A stretch of 64,000 nt of DNA from Eledone cirrhosa (lineage: Eukaryota): NCBI GenBank assembly GCA_964016885.1, contig OZ024741.1, forward strand, positions 377,828,001 to 377,892,000, read 5' to 3'. The translations under genes and the position numbers were made by a program. This document shows, piece by piece, positions 11,367 through 24,329 of the stretch (the stretch's first letter is position 1; each line of letters starts with the position of its first letter). The notes beneath the pieces were generated by a model. That model saw nothing but the letters and a program-made list of their open reading frames with translations, searched no databases and was not told where the DNA came from.

Positions 11367-11907
11367 AATATATATATATATATATATCTTAGAAAGGACA
11401 CTTTCCGAGCCGGAATGTTTCTCTTCTTTGAGCTATTTAACTGTAAAAGACTATTTTGATTTTATAACTCAATGTATGATATTCCCGTATGGAGAGCTAA
11501 ACTTAGTCTCATAAACCCAGCTGCTATTTTTACCGGCATCATTATGAGAAGCGCTAGGCACTGCGACATGTGCGTTTATAACAGCATATCTCTCAGTCTT
11601 CTTAGGACCTTTGAAGTTAAAGGTACGAATTTTTCTTGATACCCTCAGATGAGCACCGGAATTCTGGCTTTCACTTAATAATTCTTGCGGAACATATTTT
11701 GGGTCTGTGCAGGCATGAAAGGCTATTGCCCGATATAGGTTTGTTATTTTTATTGATGTATTACTTTAAATCGAGTCAGGCAAACCATATTGTTTTAAAT
11801 TAGTATTCTTTCAACCTAGCGAACTTGGTCATTTGCAATTGGATCACATGTATACTTATATCTGTATTCAGCCCTCTCATATATCCAATTATAGACACAC
11901 ACACACG

Positions 11908-11968
<61 letters not shown>

Positions 11969-12029
11969 GTTTCTCATATAGGCACAAGACCATCGATTTG
12001 TGGGAGGAGAAAGTCGATTAACTCGACAC

Positions 12030-12110
12030 TAGTGTGTGACTGCTACTTTATTTTATCGACCCCTTGAGGATGAAAGACCAAGTTAACCTAGGGGGGATGT
12101 TACCTCAAAT
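12030..12110 (-). mobile_element. Degenerate SINE central-domain fragment
   Basis: TACTTTATTTTATCGACCCC..AGGATGAAAG matches reverse complement of SINE core. Confidence 0.6.
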
Positions 12111-12379
12111 ACGGGCCTAAAATTCAACGGACGCCCTTATCTTGGGCATTGCAAGAAAAATTCCGTTATAAAAAAAGCCCCCCCCCCCCCCAATAGAAAT
12201 ATATCCACATCTACACGATGACGCACATACACACCCATGTGAATAACATACCTACGCACACACACTATGTCACAGGTAGAAATTGTACATGTACATGCAT
12301 TTACATACACACACTTACATACATATATACACACATCCTCACACACTCACATGCATACATACACTTATGCATATGTATA

Positions 12380-12463
<84 letters not shown>

Positions 12464-12596
12464 GGAATTAGTAGGTCCCCGACGGCTTGAGCTCAGCCCT
12501 CGGGGTCCTACTCGTTCCTATTACCCACTCTACTATCTAAGTATTGAGTACGTTGGTGCGTTATGGTCCACCTGGTTTCTCACCACATTTCCTTCG

Positions 12597-12657
<61 letters not shown>

Positions 12658-12699
12658 TATGTGTATGTGTATATATATATATATATATACACACAAATA

Positions 12700-14165
12700 T
12701 CATAAAAATACACTCATGAGAGTTGCGGGAAAAAGGGTGTTGGTGGTCTAGGAAGAGTACTGGAACTACCGTTGCAGGACAGGATCGATAGCTCACTAAG
12801 GAAGACAGCGGCCCTCGTGGTGCGTCCACCTGCAAGATGGGCGAACAGTCGTTCGACGGATACAATTACTCCAAATCTGGAACCTAGAGTAGATCGCCCG
12901 CCCGCGTAGCTTGTGCACTTTACAGTCTCAAAGATACAGAGCCGACAAACCCCGTTGCCCAGGCCACGAGTCAATACAAAACGGCTGGTTTCGCACCTCA
13001 ATTTGAAGTTCCGGTTCTCCTCCTTGAGCCTTCACACGCAAACGGCTAGACGAGTGTTGGACTTCTAGATTCAGTATCTAAAGTAGCACATCTGGTTGTG
13101 GAAATAGTACTAGTGCAACATATATTCAGAAATTCCTCAGAAATTCCCGAGATTCTTCAACAGTTGTTGAGTGGGAAGCCACGGGTGGAGTTGCAGTTGC
13201 AGTTCGTCAGAGTTATACGAGGGATGCCGTAGGTTTCGGTGTTCTATGCGACAGAGCAGAAATTGCAATAGAGGGTCCCGACTATTTAAGACCGATATAG
13301 CAGTGGCTATACCTCCCCTAGGCAGTTTCGACACGTCGACAACGCTCCCAATACGGGGATTATGGTGATACTCCCGTAGCCATTTACGGGTGATGGAGCC
13401 AATGACCTCTGCAAGTTCGGGTATGGTGGAGAGTGAGAACTTCACCGTGTGCCGCTAGAATAGTTTATGGTATCTATGTGATGGTGGAAATTACTCGTCC
13501 AGGGCCCGGAAGAAGAGGCCTAGTAGATGTATTCTAAGGCTCCTGTAGTAGGGGGCATTATACCACGTTACATTTCTGCTGCAAGACACGCGGTGATTCT
13601 GTTGATTATAGGAACCAGGTTAGTGTGCCAGGGTCACCTCATGGTGCAGTTGAATCCCCGTGGAGTTGGTGCGAAGGAGCGCAGGTGGTGCGCCGTTTAA
13701 ACACCGGTGTACTGTGTGGCCAACTATGGGGCTTGGGTCCGTAGGGAGTGGTCTTTCACACTCATGCCCATTGCGGGAAATATGGTCATACGAACATGGC
13801 ACAAGGCGATGTGAGGAGTCAGAAGATGTGGTTACAAGATCACACGGGGGATGAATAGAGGCCCCAGACACACCGGGACTTGATAGTCGTGTGGGCTCCC
13901 CCACTCATGCATGTCCCCATATCAAGAGGCCCACCCCCGGAAAGCATGTTACATTGTCCATCTGTAGCACCACCGGTAGTGTCCGGGCTGCGGTGGGCGT
14001 GGGTGAGATGAGGGGCATAGTCGTCATCACGCCGGTGCTCTGTCGTTCCCATTACGGGTTCGGAGGTAAGGGTGCTGTCGGGGATGTGAGATCGCGAGCG
14101 CCGTCACCGATCAGAAAGCGGAGAGGCAGTCAACAAATCCACGAATCCAGTGCTCACCCCGGTAT
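12700..14165 (-). mobile_element. Highly decayed CRE-clade (RLE) non-LTR retrotransposon
   Basis: Across shifting frames and in the expected order: SPGVSG, PIVGHTVHR, PSHQLHG, LLGLFFRAL, SKLPRGG, PWATG, ELSI/VLQR. Confidence 0.45.
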
Positions 14166-14571
14166 TGATATATATTCATATATATACACATGTATATGTA
14201 GTTAAATCTATGAGCTAATAATACAACACTAAAGCGTTCGGATATGTATTTGAATCTCAAATGTGGTTTATTTTATATCCATATTAGCGAGAGGTATATC
14301 AGGGTTAATTCCACTTGGTACAATTCCTACCATTTTAGATTTATAATCGCAGAACATATATTAACAAAGAAAATAGATCACCAATGTTCAACCGTTAATG
14401 TATTATCTATTTCATCTACACATGTTTCATTTCGTACGTAGATTATTTACAATACGCTTAAAAAGAGAAAGTCATTATCAATTTAATACGCATCATATTA
14501 AAAGGTGTTTGATTGCCGAGTAATATATGTCACGCCAGCATGTTGCAGTCGCAATATACACACACACACAC

Positions 14572-14687
<116 letters not shown>

Positions 14688-14929
14688 ATGTATGTATGTA
14701 CATATTTAAATTTTGAGCCAAATCGTTGAAGATAGACTCTTGAGCTGATCAATCGTGAAACCCGCGTCACTACTTAATAAAAGTAATGGAGATCTAACAA
14801 ATCGTCCTTTTTATTATTATTTTTATTATTACTATATATATATATATATATACTATACTGTTTATATATATATTTATTATGACTATATATATATATATAC
14901 GATACTGTAAATATATATATACAGTATCG

Positions 14930-15162
14930 TATGTGAACCTCGTACCCACGAACTTACGATGCACCAGAGAAATAAGTCTACAATTATATGCATGGGACAC
15001 AAGTGCAGAAGACAACATCTACCGCATTCAGATGCAATACAAATATTCCAAAATAATCGGGTTAAATCCCCCCAAAAGTTACTGCCAGTGGCCACGTCTT
15101 GGAATCGAACCTCTCGTGTTTCCTATACCGGCTGACGACTCTAACGATTGAGACAAGGGCCC
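14930..15162 (-). mobile_element. tRNA-derived SINE of a second family (head region)
   Basis: Minus strand GGCCCTTGTCTCAATCGTTAGAG (A-box-like) and GGTTCGATTCC (B box); 3' boundary uncertain. Confidence 0.5.
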
Positions 15163-17764
15163 TGTGACAACATTGTACCGTCCAAAATAAGAAGAAAATT
15201 AAAAAAAAAACTTTGAACAAATTACAAGCATCGTGTGTGAAGCTCGAACGCTGGATTCCGTGAAACATCAAACACAAATCTACAAGATGATGCAGAATGA
15301 TCCAGTGCAGGAAACATCTGCAACCACACTTAGTTCTCATAAAATATCTGACAATAATTACGGCTGATGGCAGCATCTTTCTCCGTCTGTAGGCGTCGTA
15401 TTATTACTTTTTATTTTATTAGATATCAGGCGTATGTGACCTTTAGAATACTGAGATACATCCAGTATACTTCTTCAAAATCACAAAAATCCGGCATTCG
15501 AAACACAACATCGCATAAACTTTCATGAAAATCAGAACCATGGGAATGGGGGAGGCGTGGCATTTTTATGTTAAATAATCAAGCTTGGAATGAACTCTTA
15601 TTAGTGGAGTTATTAGCTCGACATTAATGATGGATGTTTTGATTGATATATTAATAATGTACACATCACATGCGAGTTCATTAATTAACAAGAGTCATAA
15701 ATAAAAAAAACAACGGACACCTTTGTGAGCTGGTGATAATATTTTGTCAACGTTTGTTGATTAGTATAACATCAAAAGTACAAACCTAATTACCCTTGTA
15801 GTATAATGAATCAACATCAAAATATTGATGAAATTATTTCACTAACGGATCTGATATTTTTGTTATTATATTATGCGATATTCAAATGTATAATTAAAAA
15901 CAAATTTATGGGTGGTGATTAAATTTGGTAAACTCTAATGAAACTATATTATATCGTGTTAATATATCAAACAGATAACTCAAATACAACTAAATCACAT
16001 TTTAACTTTGATTGTACGATCATATATTAGCCATATGTTTCATAGATAATACTAAAACATACAAATATTCCTTTGAACATTATGGACATTTCAGATAAAG
16101 CTATTATTCATAATTTGATATTTTAGATAGGTAGGAATGAACCCTCATCAGTTTCGAGGGTGAATATCCTAGTTGATCAATCAATAGCACATTTTATTCA
16201 TGAAAGGTATATGAAAGTTGATGAGCCTGTCATTTCATTTGAGAATTAGTAGAACAGGTTGTCTTTTAGAAAATGATAAAAAAAGAAATTCCTTTGAGCT
16301 TCCAATGAGTTTCTATCTGCCCAATGTCATTCATTTTGCTTGGGTAGTAAGTTTGCTATGGTAAATCTGAATTGCCTTGAATGCCTGCAGTGGGAAAAAA
16401 CGGCACCCTAAAAGTTTCGAAACCAATATTTTAATTATTGAGCCCTATTGTGCCCACTGTAGATTGCTAGACAGTGTAGGGAACGATGAACAATGTGTAA
16501 AGGGCCATCGTGTTTCAGTTATTTGATAAACAATTTGTTCAAATTGTACTGTTTTTGAATTAACCCTCAGTCTCCAAGAATATATGAAATATCTTTTGAA
16601 TTGTTGGGTTAGTACGAGTAATTGTGCAATATCGAGATTTCTTCATTACCATAGTAATTTAGTTTGACGTATTTTGCCACTATTTGGAAATACGATTAAG
16701 CAAAATATAAAAATGAAATGCTACGCATATTTTTAGAAACATAATATGAAATATTTACCCCCAGATATTATTAATGCAACAGATTAAATTCTATTTATTT
16801 CCAAATTCATCCCAAAACTGAATAGTTGCAAAAAGTTAGTTCTTTGTAAATCTAATTAACGAATTATATTCATTATTTTTATGTTTTTGTCAGTTGCCTA
16901 CAGGGAGATTTGATTCAGACTTCTTTAATGCTTCAATGTGTTAAACGTTCTTTAATAAGGTTAGTTTCTGGTCAATCACTGCAGTATATATAAATTGATT
17001 TTCTTCGAATCTCTTAGCGGCATTATCTCCATGTTTACGATGCAAAAATTTCTACACATTCAACATTAAAATTTCCACGTGAAAAGTGTACCATTTTCTT
17101 GTGACATCTTTGTCATTCAATTGCTTAAATCAGTCACGTGAATAAAAATAGAGGAACAATTGACGTTTACGTACATTTCATTTATGATATTATTTTGATT
17201 CTTTCTGCAAATATCTCGTGATTTAACAAAACTATATTGAAAATCACTGAAACGTTGACAACTTTCGTTTGACTGTTCTTTACACAGAATAAGTCGATGA
17301 AATTGCTATGGCTCACGTCAATATTCCACCGAGTATTGTATTTACATTAATTCTAAAACTTGAAATTATTATATTTATTATCAATATTGTTATTGCTATT
17401 GGTTTGTAGAGACGTGTAATTGTAAGCTCACGTAAGGTTGCTGTTTTCTGATGTTTGAATCGTTGTTTATTTTAATTTTATTGTAAAACAGAAATAAGGT
17501 ATCAGTCGTTGCCTTGAAGAAGGGAAACCCCATAATATCTGGATCTTTGACCGAAAGATTTGAGCTTTGCACCTACTATTTACGCCCACTAAATTTCTTT
17601 TGTAAAAATGAAAGCTTTCTTATTACTACTACCAGACCAAACGCTTTCGTGCGGTTTTCTACTGGTATAGGTAGTGTGCATTACACGCAAATGTACATGC
17701 ATATAGATATGATATGTAAATTGAAAGAAAATTGACATCTTTTTCTTGTTCGTCCAATTTTTTC

Positions 17765-18360
17765 ATAGAGGGTCGTGGGGGCAGAGTCCTTCTAAAACCA
17801 GCGAGTCAGAAGGAAGTATCACTGACTGATCCAAAATCTGACCAGCCAAGCTCATGGATGTTATCCAACTATCTTGCTTAGGGTCTACCTTAGGGTCTCT
17901 TGCCGGTTGGTTTTGTCTGTAAAATCTGCCCAGGATTTCTCTCTTGCGACATTCTAACTACATGCCCATATTTCGTAGCTGTGATCTCTCAAACCGCAGA
18001 AGTAGTGGCTCTGCTAGGAGTGACTCTCTGATATTTGAGCTATCCAATTTATCGAATAACGTTACTGCAAAAACCCTTTGGAGGAACCCCATTTCTGCCG
18101 CTTGTATTTCAATTGTATTTTTTCGCTCATTACCCAAGATTGATGAAACTTGGTAAGTGATTGTTTGAATACCAGGAAGACAGTGAATTTGGCTTTTACA
18201 CCTACCTCCATTCTTCTGATTACTGAATGCTGCAACTGGCGCATTACTGCATCAACTTTTACAATTCTTGCAGTTAATTCAGCCTCCTGCCTTCCATCAC
18301 TCGTGAACACAGCCCCGAGATACATGAATTGTCTACATGCTTCAGTGGAACACCATTCAC
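17765..18360 (-). mobile_element. RTE (Expander/Rex3-like) LINE 3' fragment
   Basis: FMYLGAVFTSDGRQEAELTARI..AVMRQL..KAK..WVMSEK. Confidence 0.8.
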
Positions 18361-18469
18361 ATATATATAAACATGAGTGACTTCTGTCCATCCGTCCGTC
18401 ACACGATGTGTGTGTGCTTGTAAGGATGTATGTTTGTCTAAAAGGAAGGAAGGAGATACACACACACAC

Positions 18470-18524
<55 letters not shown>

Positions 18525-18589
18525 TTTAAATTAAATTCGGTGACACACACGTCTCTAATTTACGAACGCAAAGAAATACACTATTACCA

Positions 18590-19230
18590 CTTCAGAGCTT
18601 TTTGGTCTGTTTAAGCATACTCTCAATTTTAGAACTGTTTCGGTTGTCCAGAATTGATAGGATAAGACCTGACGGTCTTACCCTGTGCCCCTGGTCAAGA
18701 GGCAGGTTTCTTATCTGGGATATCACATATGGTGAAAGTTTGCTCCTCCCACATCCATGAAAATTGCTAAAGGCGAGAACTAGCGCATCCGCAGCTGAAC
18801 GGAACAAAATCTTTAAATGCCGTGATCTGACGGCTAACTACACCTTCCGGTCTGTGACATTGGATAGGTTTGGGGAGTCGGGCTACAGGCAGTGAGGTAC
18901 TTATCTTCAGAGGCAGCTCGCCTAACCAAGATAAATGGTGATGCTCGTCAGGGCACTTGGTTGTTCCGGCACCACCCTTGGTAACGCTGCGAGCGTGCTG
19001 GCTTAGAGAGGTTTCCCCAGTGCTCCTCACTATATCTTTATCTTTCCTCTAGTTGTAGCTAGTATACCCACCCCTTTTCCCTGCCTTTTGATGTATGTGG
19101 TCCTAGATGTGTGCATTACCTGCATGGGTGTTTTTTCTCTCTCTTTTTTTCCTTTCCCTTTCCTTTGTATACTTTATATTTGTTTGTGTTTTTGTGAAAG
19201 TTTGTATGTTGGTGTGTATTTGTTGCGCGA
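18590..19230 (+). mobile_element. CRE-clade LINE 3' fragment (RLE endonuclease and 3' UTR)
   Basis: RPDGLTLCPWSRGRFLIWDIT from 18665, then AAERNKIFK and GNAASVL. Confidence 0.85.
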
Positions 19231-19430
19231 NNNNNNNNNNNNNNNNNNNNNNNNNNNNNNNNNNNNNNNNNNNNNNNNNNNNNNNNNNNNNNNNNNNNNN
19301 NNNNNNNNNNNNNNNNNNNNNNNNNNNNNNNNNNNNNNNNNNNNNNNNNNNNNNNNNNNNNNNNNNNNNNNNNNNNNNNNNNNNNNNNNNNNNNNNNNNN
19401 NNNNNNNNNNNNNNNNNNNNNNNNNNNNNN
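19231..19430. other. Assembly gap (200 N)
   Basis: Run of N. Confidence 1.
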
Positions 19431-21449
19431 TAATTCATAGTGTCAAATTTTGGCGAGATATTTAAATGGTTTTCCAGAGTAAACATGAAAATCACGTTTA
19501 AATCGGAATTCTATGCCGGTAAATCAAAACTCATGTAAACCTGATCCATATTTACGATGATGTAATGTTCCCATGCGCTTTTTCCTCTCGTTTGAAAGCC
19601 ACATTTTCTATTGTTGTTGAAATATGTTGCGCTTCTAGTTGAACGTAAACACCTCAAACTTATAACATCTTTGCAGGAAAACATTTATGTAATTCCTTCT
19701 GCTGATCTGAGTTAAGGCGGTCATAATTTGAGGGAGGTATCTAACATTAATCTCATTCTCTGTGACCCTAGTCATATCAGGTACTTCGAGAAACCGTTAT
19801 AGTCCTTCTTTATGCTTGTGTGATAATAGATTTGCCAGTACGGCAGACAATTTGGAACATCAGATATATGAGCACTCACTGCAGCGAACAAAATTATGAC
19901 TTATAATACCTTTGAAGTAAGGTATGAGGTACGTCTTTCACGCGTTTGTAAATGATATTCCCTTTGGTTATTCATCAATTTACAAAGCTATGGTGTGGTT
20001 TGTCTTCTTATAGTCACTTTGTCTAAATGACTGCATTTGCTGAATATATAATCTTATACAAGCTATTACCAGATATCTTTGATGCTCTAAATTTCCTTCT
20101 ACAAAAGTAATGTTGTAGAATGAATCCCCATATTGCTTTTAATTGACATTCTCTCTTGCGCTATCTTTATATTTTCATGATATCTTTATATATTCAAACT
20201 GTCTGCTTGTTTTACTTATTTCCTTTTAAATTTTCTGTATTTAAATTTGATAATTTCTACATCACCACCTTGCTATTTGCCGTAATTGTGTTTGTTGCTA
20301 TTTCGTAGCCATTTTCACACGTATTAATTCCCATCTAGTTTACTGTTTTCTTTTGTAATTATCGAATTTCGAGAACTTGTTCACCTGTTTAAAAGTCCTC
20401 ATTACGTATATCCCTGTACACGGTGTCCGTTTTCTGGACAAATACCACCACTTTTATTTCATGTGTCTGTACACAGTGACTGTGTTACATGGAGTGATGT
20501 GTGGCTTTTACAACAACAAATAACTTACTAGACGAACATTCTGTCTCTGTTTTGTTCTAATAAAGATATTAACTTAACAAACACGCTGTAATATTTGATA
20601 ACACAGTAAATACATTAACTTATCTGAAAACTAAAAAAACTGACAGAAATTAAATGAAACAGTCAATAAAATATAACTTATATATAACAAAAGAGATAAT
20701 TGTGTGAGTTCGAACAGGACATATTTTTAACAAACACAATAATTGTTAGTTGAGGTAGATTGAAACACATATGTTTTAGAAACTAATTTATTGTACAAGA
20801 AAAGTGAGATAACATATTTTAATGAAACAAAATAATTCTGGTGGGAAAAACTTCAGCGAATGTACTTGTAAAACATCACGTCAGTTTATATTACATATAT
20901 TTGGTAAACGTACATGCAATTGAATCAGAAAGAAGATAACTATACACCTCTCTATTGTTGCACTTGTCTGATATAAAAGCAAACGATATGCACACGGTGT
21001 CACGTGATGATGATATTTATACGTATGGATATGTACATTTAACCTGATACAATTCTATTTCGATAAGGTACTTCCCATAATTATATATATATATGTGTGT
21101 TTGTGTGCGTGTATTTATTTGTGTAAATAGTAACGTATTTCTCCAGTCAGTCAAATAACCTTCACCAAGCACCCCAAACCTAATGCCTGCCTGTACTCAT
21201 GACCCCTGCCTTACAAACCGTACTCACCCTCCAAATTCGGCAAATAAAATCTGGCCCATCAATTCTCCTGAACTCCGCTTAATTATGCCAAGCGCAATAG
21301 CTACGTAATTGGGAACACTCATTTTATCAAGATGCATCTGTCATATCAAACAGGTTTTATATAATAATGGCAAAGCTATTATTATATGCAGCGATTACAA
21401 CTCTCTCTCTAAACACACACACCCACATACACCCATATATATATATATT

Positions 21450-21690
21450 TAATAAAATAACAGATTAAAGTTTAAGCAAAGAATCGCTGTTTTCACCCTT
21501 AACGGGATCTTCTGAAAGATTGAGTTAGTTTCAGAAGATCCCGTTAAGGGTGAAAGCAGCGATTATTTGCTTAAACTTTAATCTGCTATTTTTATAAATA
21601 TTTGCTCTACGGTTCTTATATATTTGATATATATTTATCCTTATCGAGCCCTCTTTGGATTTTAGTCTTCAAATTTATTATTTTTACAAT
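21450..21690. repeat. Inverted repeat (~65-bp arms, 11-nt spacer), probable Penelope pLTR junction
   Basis: 21452-21517 versus 21529-21597; arms contain HHR-like CAGAAGA-TCCC-GTTAA-GGGT-GAAA. Confidence 0.7.
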
Positions 21691-21724
21691 ATATATATAT
21701 ATATATATATTATTTTATAGAAGG

Positions 21725-21775
21725 AGCTTCTACAGGACTAGTACTGTTTCATTCAGATGAAATCTTCATGAAGCT
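21725..21775 (-). ncRNA. Type I hammerhead ribozyme motif with C3A core change
   Basis: Reverse complement AGCTTC-ATGAAGA-TTTCATCTGAAT-GAAACAG-TACTAGTC-CTGTA-GAAGCT. Confidence 0.6.
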
Positions 21776-22014
21776 GGGTGTCATATTAAGTTCTGGTATT
21801 TATACATTTAGGTAGTGCTAAGGGAGGGGTGGTGGCTGCGGGGGGGGGGGGCTAGGATGGTATTTAGATACACAGGACCACAACATGGTACAGGCCGTTT
21901 TTTCTGTGGGGAGTGGTCAATTAGCCAGAGTGCTTTTTTGAAATAAATAAATAAGTAAATAAATAAATAAATAAATGAATAAATAGATAATTTAATAAAT
22001 AAATAAAGAAAATA

Positions 22015-22202
22015 AATGTTTCTACTTTTGGCACAAGGCCAGCAACTATCCAGTGCATTACTGGTACTTTATTTTATCGACCCCGTAAGGATGAAAGGCA
22101 AAGTTAACCTCGGCAGGATTTGAACTCAAACCATAAAGGGGCGTAACTCTTTGCTGCAAAGCATGGCGTCAGACCCTCTACCGATACTGCCAGTCCACCG
22201 CC
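22015..22202 (-). mobile_element. tRNA-derived SINE, full length
   Basis: Reverse complement of SINE consensus. Confidence 0.9.
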
Positions 22203-22221
22203 CTAAATAGGAAAAATAATG

Positions 22222-22255
<34 letters not shown>

Positions 22256-22510
22256 TACATGTATGTATGTCTCTCGGTATAAACTATACTATACATACAC
22301 ATACATACCTATGCACATACATACACACACATACTTACACACACACACAAACACATACATACACACATATATACACATATACATATACACACACATACAC
22401 ACACATACATATATAAACTCATATATTCATTCGCACCGTTTCCTTTCGCTATATGTCTCTCCACCACGCCCCTACACACCTTTTGAACTCTGTTCCCGCA
22501 CACTTCTCAC

Positions 22511-22538
22511 CTGAGAAAGGGCTTATGCCCGAAACGTC
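22511..22538 (+). ncRNA. Minimal Penelope-type hammerhead-like motif, degenerate
   Basis: CTGAGAA-A-GGGC-TTAT-GCCC-GAAAC-GTC; stem I weak. Confidence 0.45.
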
Positions 22539-22647
22539 GTCCCCCACCTACACCCCACTCTCCTGAGCGTGAAATTAATAAACATTTATCGTACTGCCTC
22601 TCTCTTTTGTCCCTGTTCAAATTTTTCCATTATATATATATATATAT

Positions 22648-23160
22648 ATGGTGGCTGCCAACTCGTTTTCGAGTACGGTCACTACTTTATATCTATGTAG
22701 GAGAACCCCTACCGATGCGCTGAACGAGTGTGACTTTTTGTCCAGCCAACGACTTGAAAACTCTGGTAAAAACACTACACTTGTGACAATTATTGACACA
22801 TAGTGCTAGGCCCAGTGTACCATGTGACGACAAGTGCAGAGAGATCTCCAGATATAAAGCAATGCCTGTGCCATGAAGCTTTTATAGTGAGCAAAGGCAC
22901 TGCACAAAGCCAGTCCCACTCTCTTAACCAAGATGATATTTACCAAAAAGAAGAACAAGTCAACATCATTGGATACCATCAGGGTTGCAGGTGTTATATC
23001 AGAGTTTTCCTTCTCTTAGAATTCTGCCTTGACAAAGGCTAAGGGGTCATCTCTCCCGGTGATTTTGGATGGCCATTGACTCTTAAGAGCTCCTTTGCCC
23101 TTTGACAGGTTTTGTTTTTAGTCCTGCAGGATGTCCAAAGTCACCCTCCTCACCAAGACA
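22648..23160 (-). mobile_element. Non-autonomous bipartite RTE derivative
   Basis: Minus strand starts with the head shared with 6705-6780 and ends CTCG-AAAA-CGAG-TTGGCAGCCACCAT(AT)n like the RTE terminus. Confidence 0.6.
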
Positions 23161-24329
23161 TATATACATATATACATACATACAGATACATATATACAAG
23201 CACACACGCATACATACACATACACACATACAAATAAGTACACCTTTTGACATCTCTAAATCTAAGACCTGTTTTACACCCGAAAGACGAAAACCTAGAC
23301 AATGACCCTTAAAATCACTTGGCGTTCAATGTGTGTGTAGGTTTCACTACATATTCATAAATATATATATTCTTTTAATTTTAATTTGCAACTTCATAAA
23401 GATTACTGTCTCTATTACGTAGTAATCTTAATGAAAGCACAAGATATATTAATCAATTACTAAGCTAATTATCCACTCAGAAAAGTAAGTATGCAAATTA
23501 TTCTTGGGGTCAAAGTAGACATCTTGCCCAGCGTCCTATATCTATAGCATTGAGGTTTGGCGGAGTTCTGTAGTAAATGGGTTGTACGTAGGTGAGTGAA
23601 TTCTAAAAAATAAAATCCCATCAGACCTAGGAGAAGTATTGCTTGTATAGCATTCCAGCCACCATTAATTGTGTGGGAATTATATTCCCGTAGCTTATTT
23701 TAAACAATTGTCTAAGGGAAGACTACTCCGAAATAAAACCATCTTTTTAGCAGTCCAGAGATCATGCACATATTTGGTTCTCGATTTCATTGTCTTGTTG
23801 ATGAGTGACCTTGCATTGTTTCGGATAATGTTAACATAAATGTACCGACAGTGCTGGAAACCACAACCTGTATCATTCCGTGGTATTTAAATATATATAT
23901 ATAAACAATAACAATAAAACGTTTTGGGGGGAACGGGAGCAGAGTGATATTTACAGGCTTGACACAAGAAGGTGGTGTGTATTTCTTGTCCTCCATTTAT
24001 TGCGACCCTTGCCAGATGTTAAACAATTTTGGTCAAGTCTGGTTGTAGTTACACTTGGATAATCCATCGGTTTCTTAGCAGCCCTTCAAGTGTCAGCACT
24101 GATTACCTGACATTGGGAAGCATGTGGAAAAGTTAATCGGAAATTGTCCTATTATTTTTGTGTCATCAGCTTGTTGCGGTTGATGGAAGTTCATTTATGC
24201 CTTCAAAATAAGACAGAAAACAATTAAGAAACAACCAAATCCAAAACGGGTGTTAGAATGAACGACCTCTGGTTGACAAACCGAATAGTTTACCTCCACA
24301 AGGTAGAACAGAATTAGTCGGCAAAATCT

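Noticed and set aside
13465-13490. Plus-strand WYLCDG resembling the CRE WYLDDG motif
   Set aside because: Opposite strand to all other CRE-like motifs; likely chance unless a local inversion is shown
16894-16958. Possible exon (pyrimidine-rich ..CAG acceptor, AAG|GTTAGT donor, one open frame)
   Set aside because: Short, no recognisable protein, no supported partner exons
19088-19495. ORFs spanning X residues
   Set aside because: Artefact of the N gap
19540-20300. Faint transposase-like remnants and a ~25-nt similarity (TATGAGGTAC.TCTTTCAC) to 53365-53390
   Set aside because: Too short, motif order inconsistent, cannot be assigned by eye
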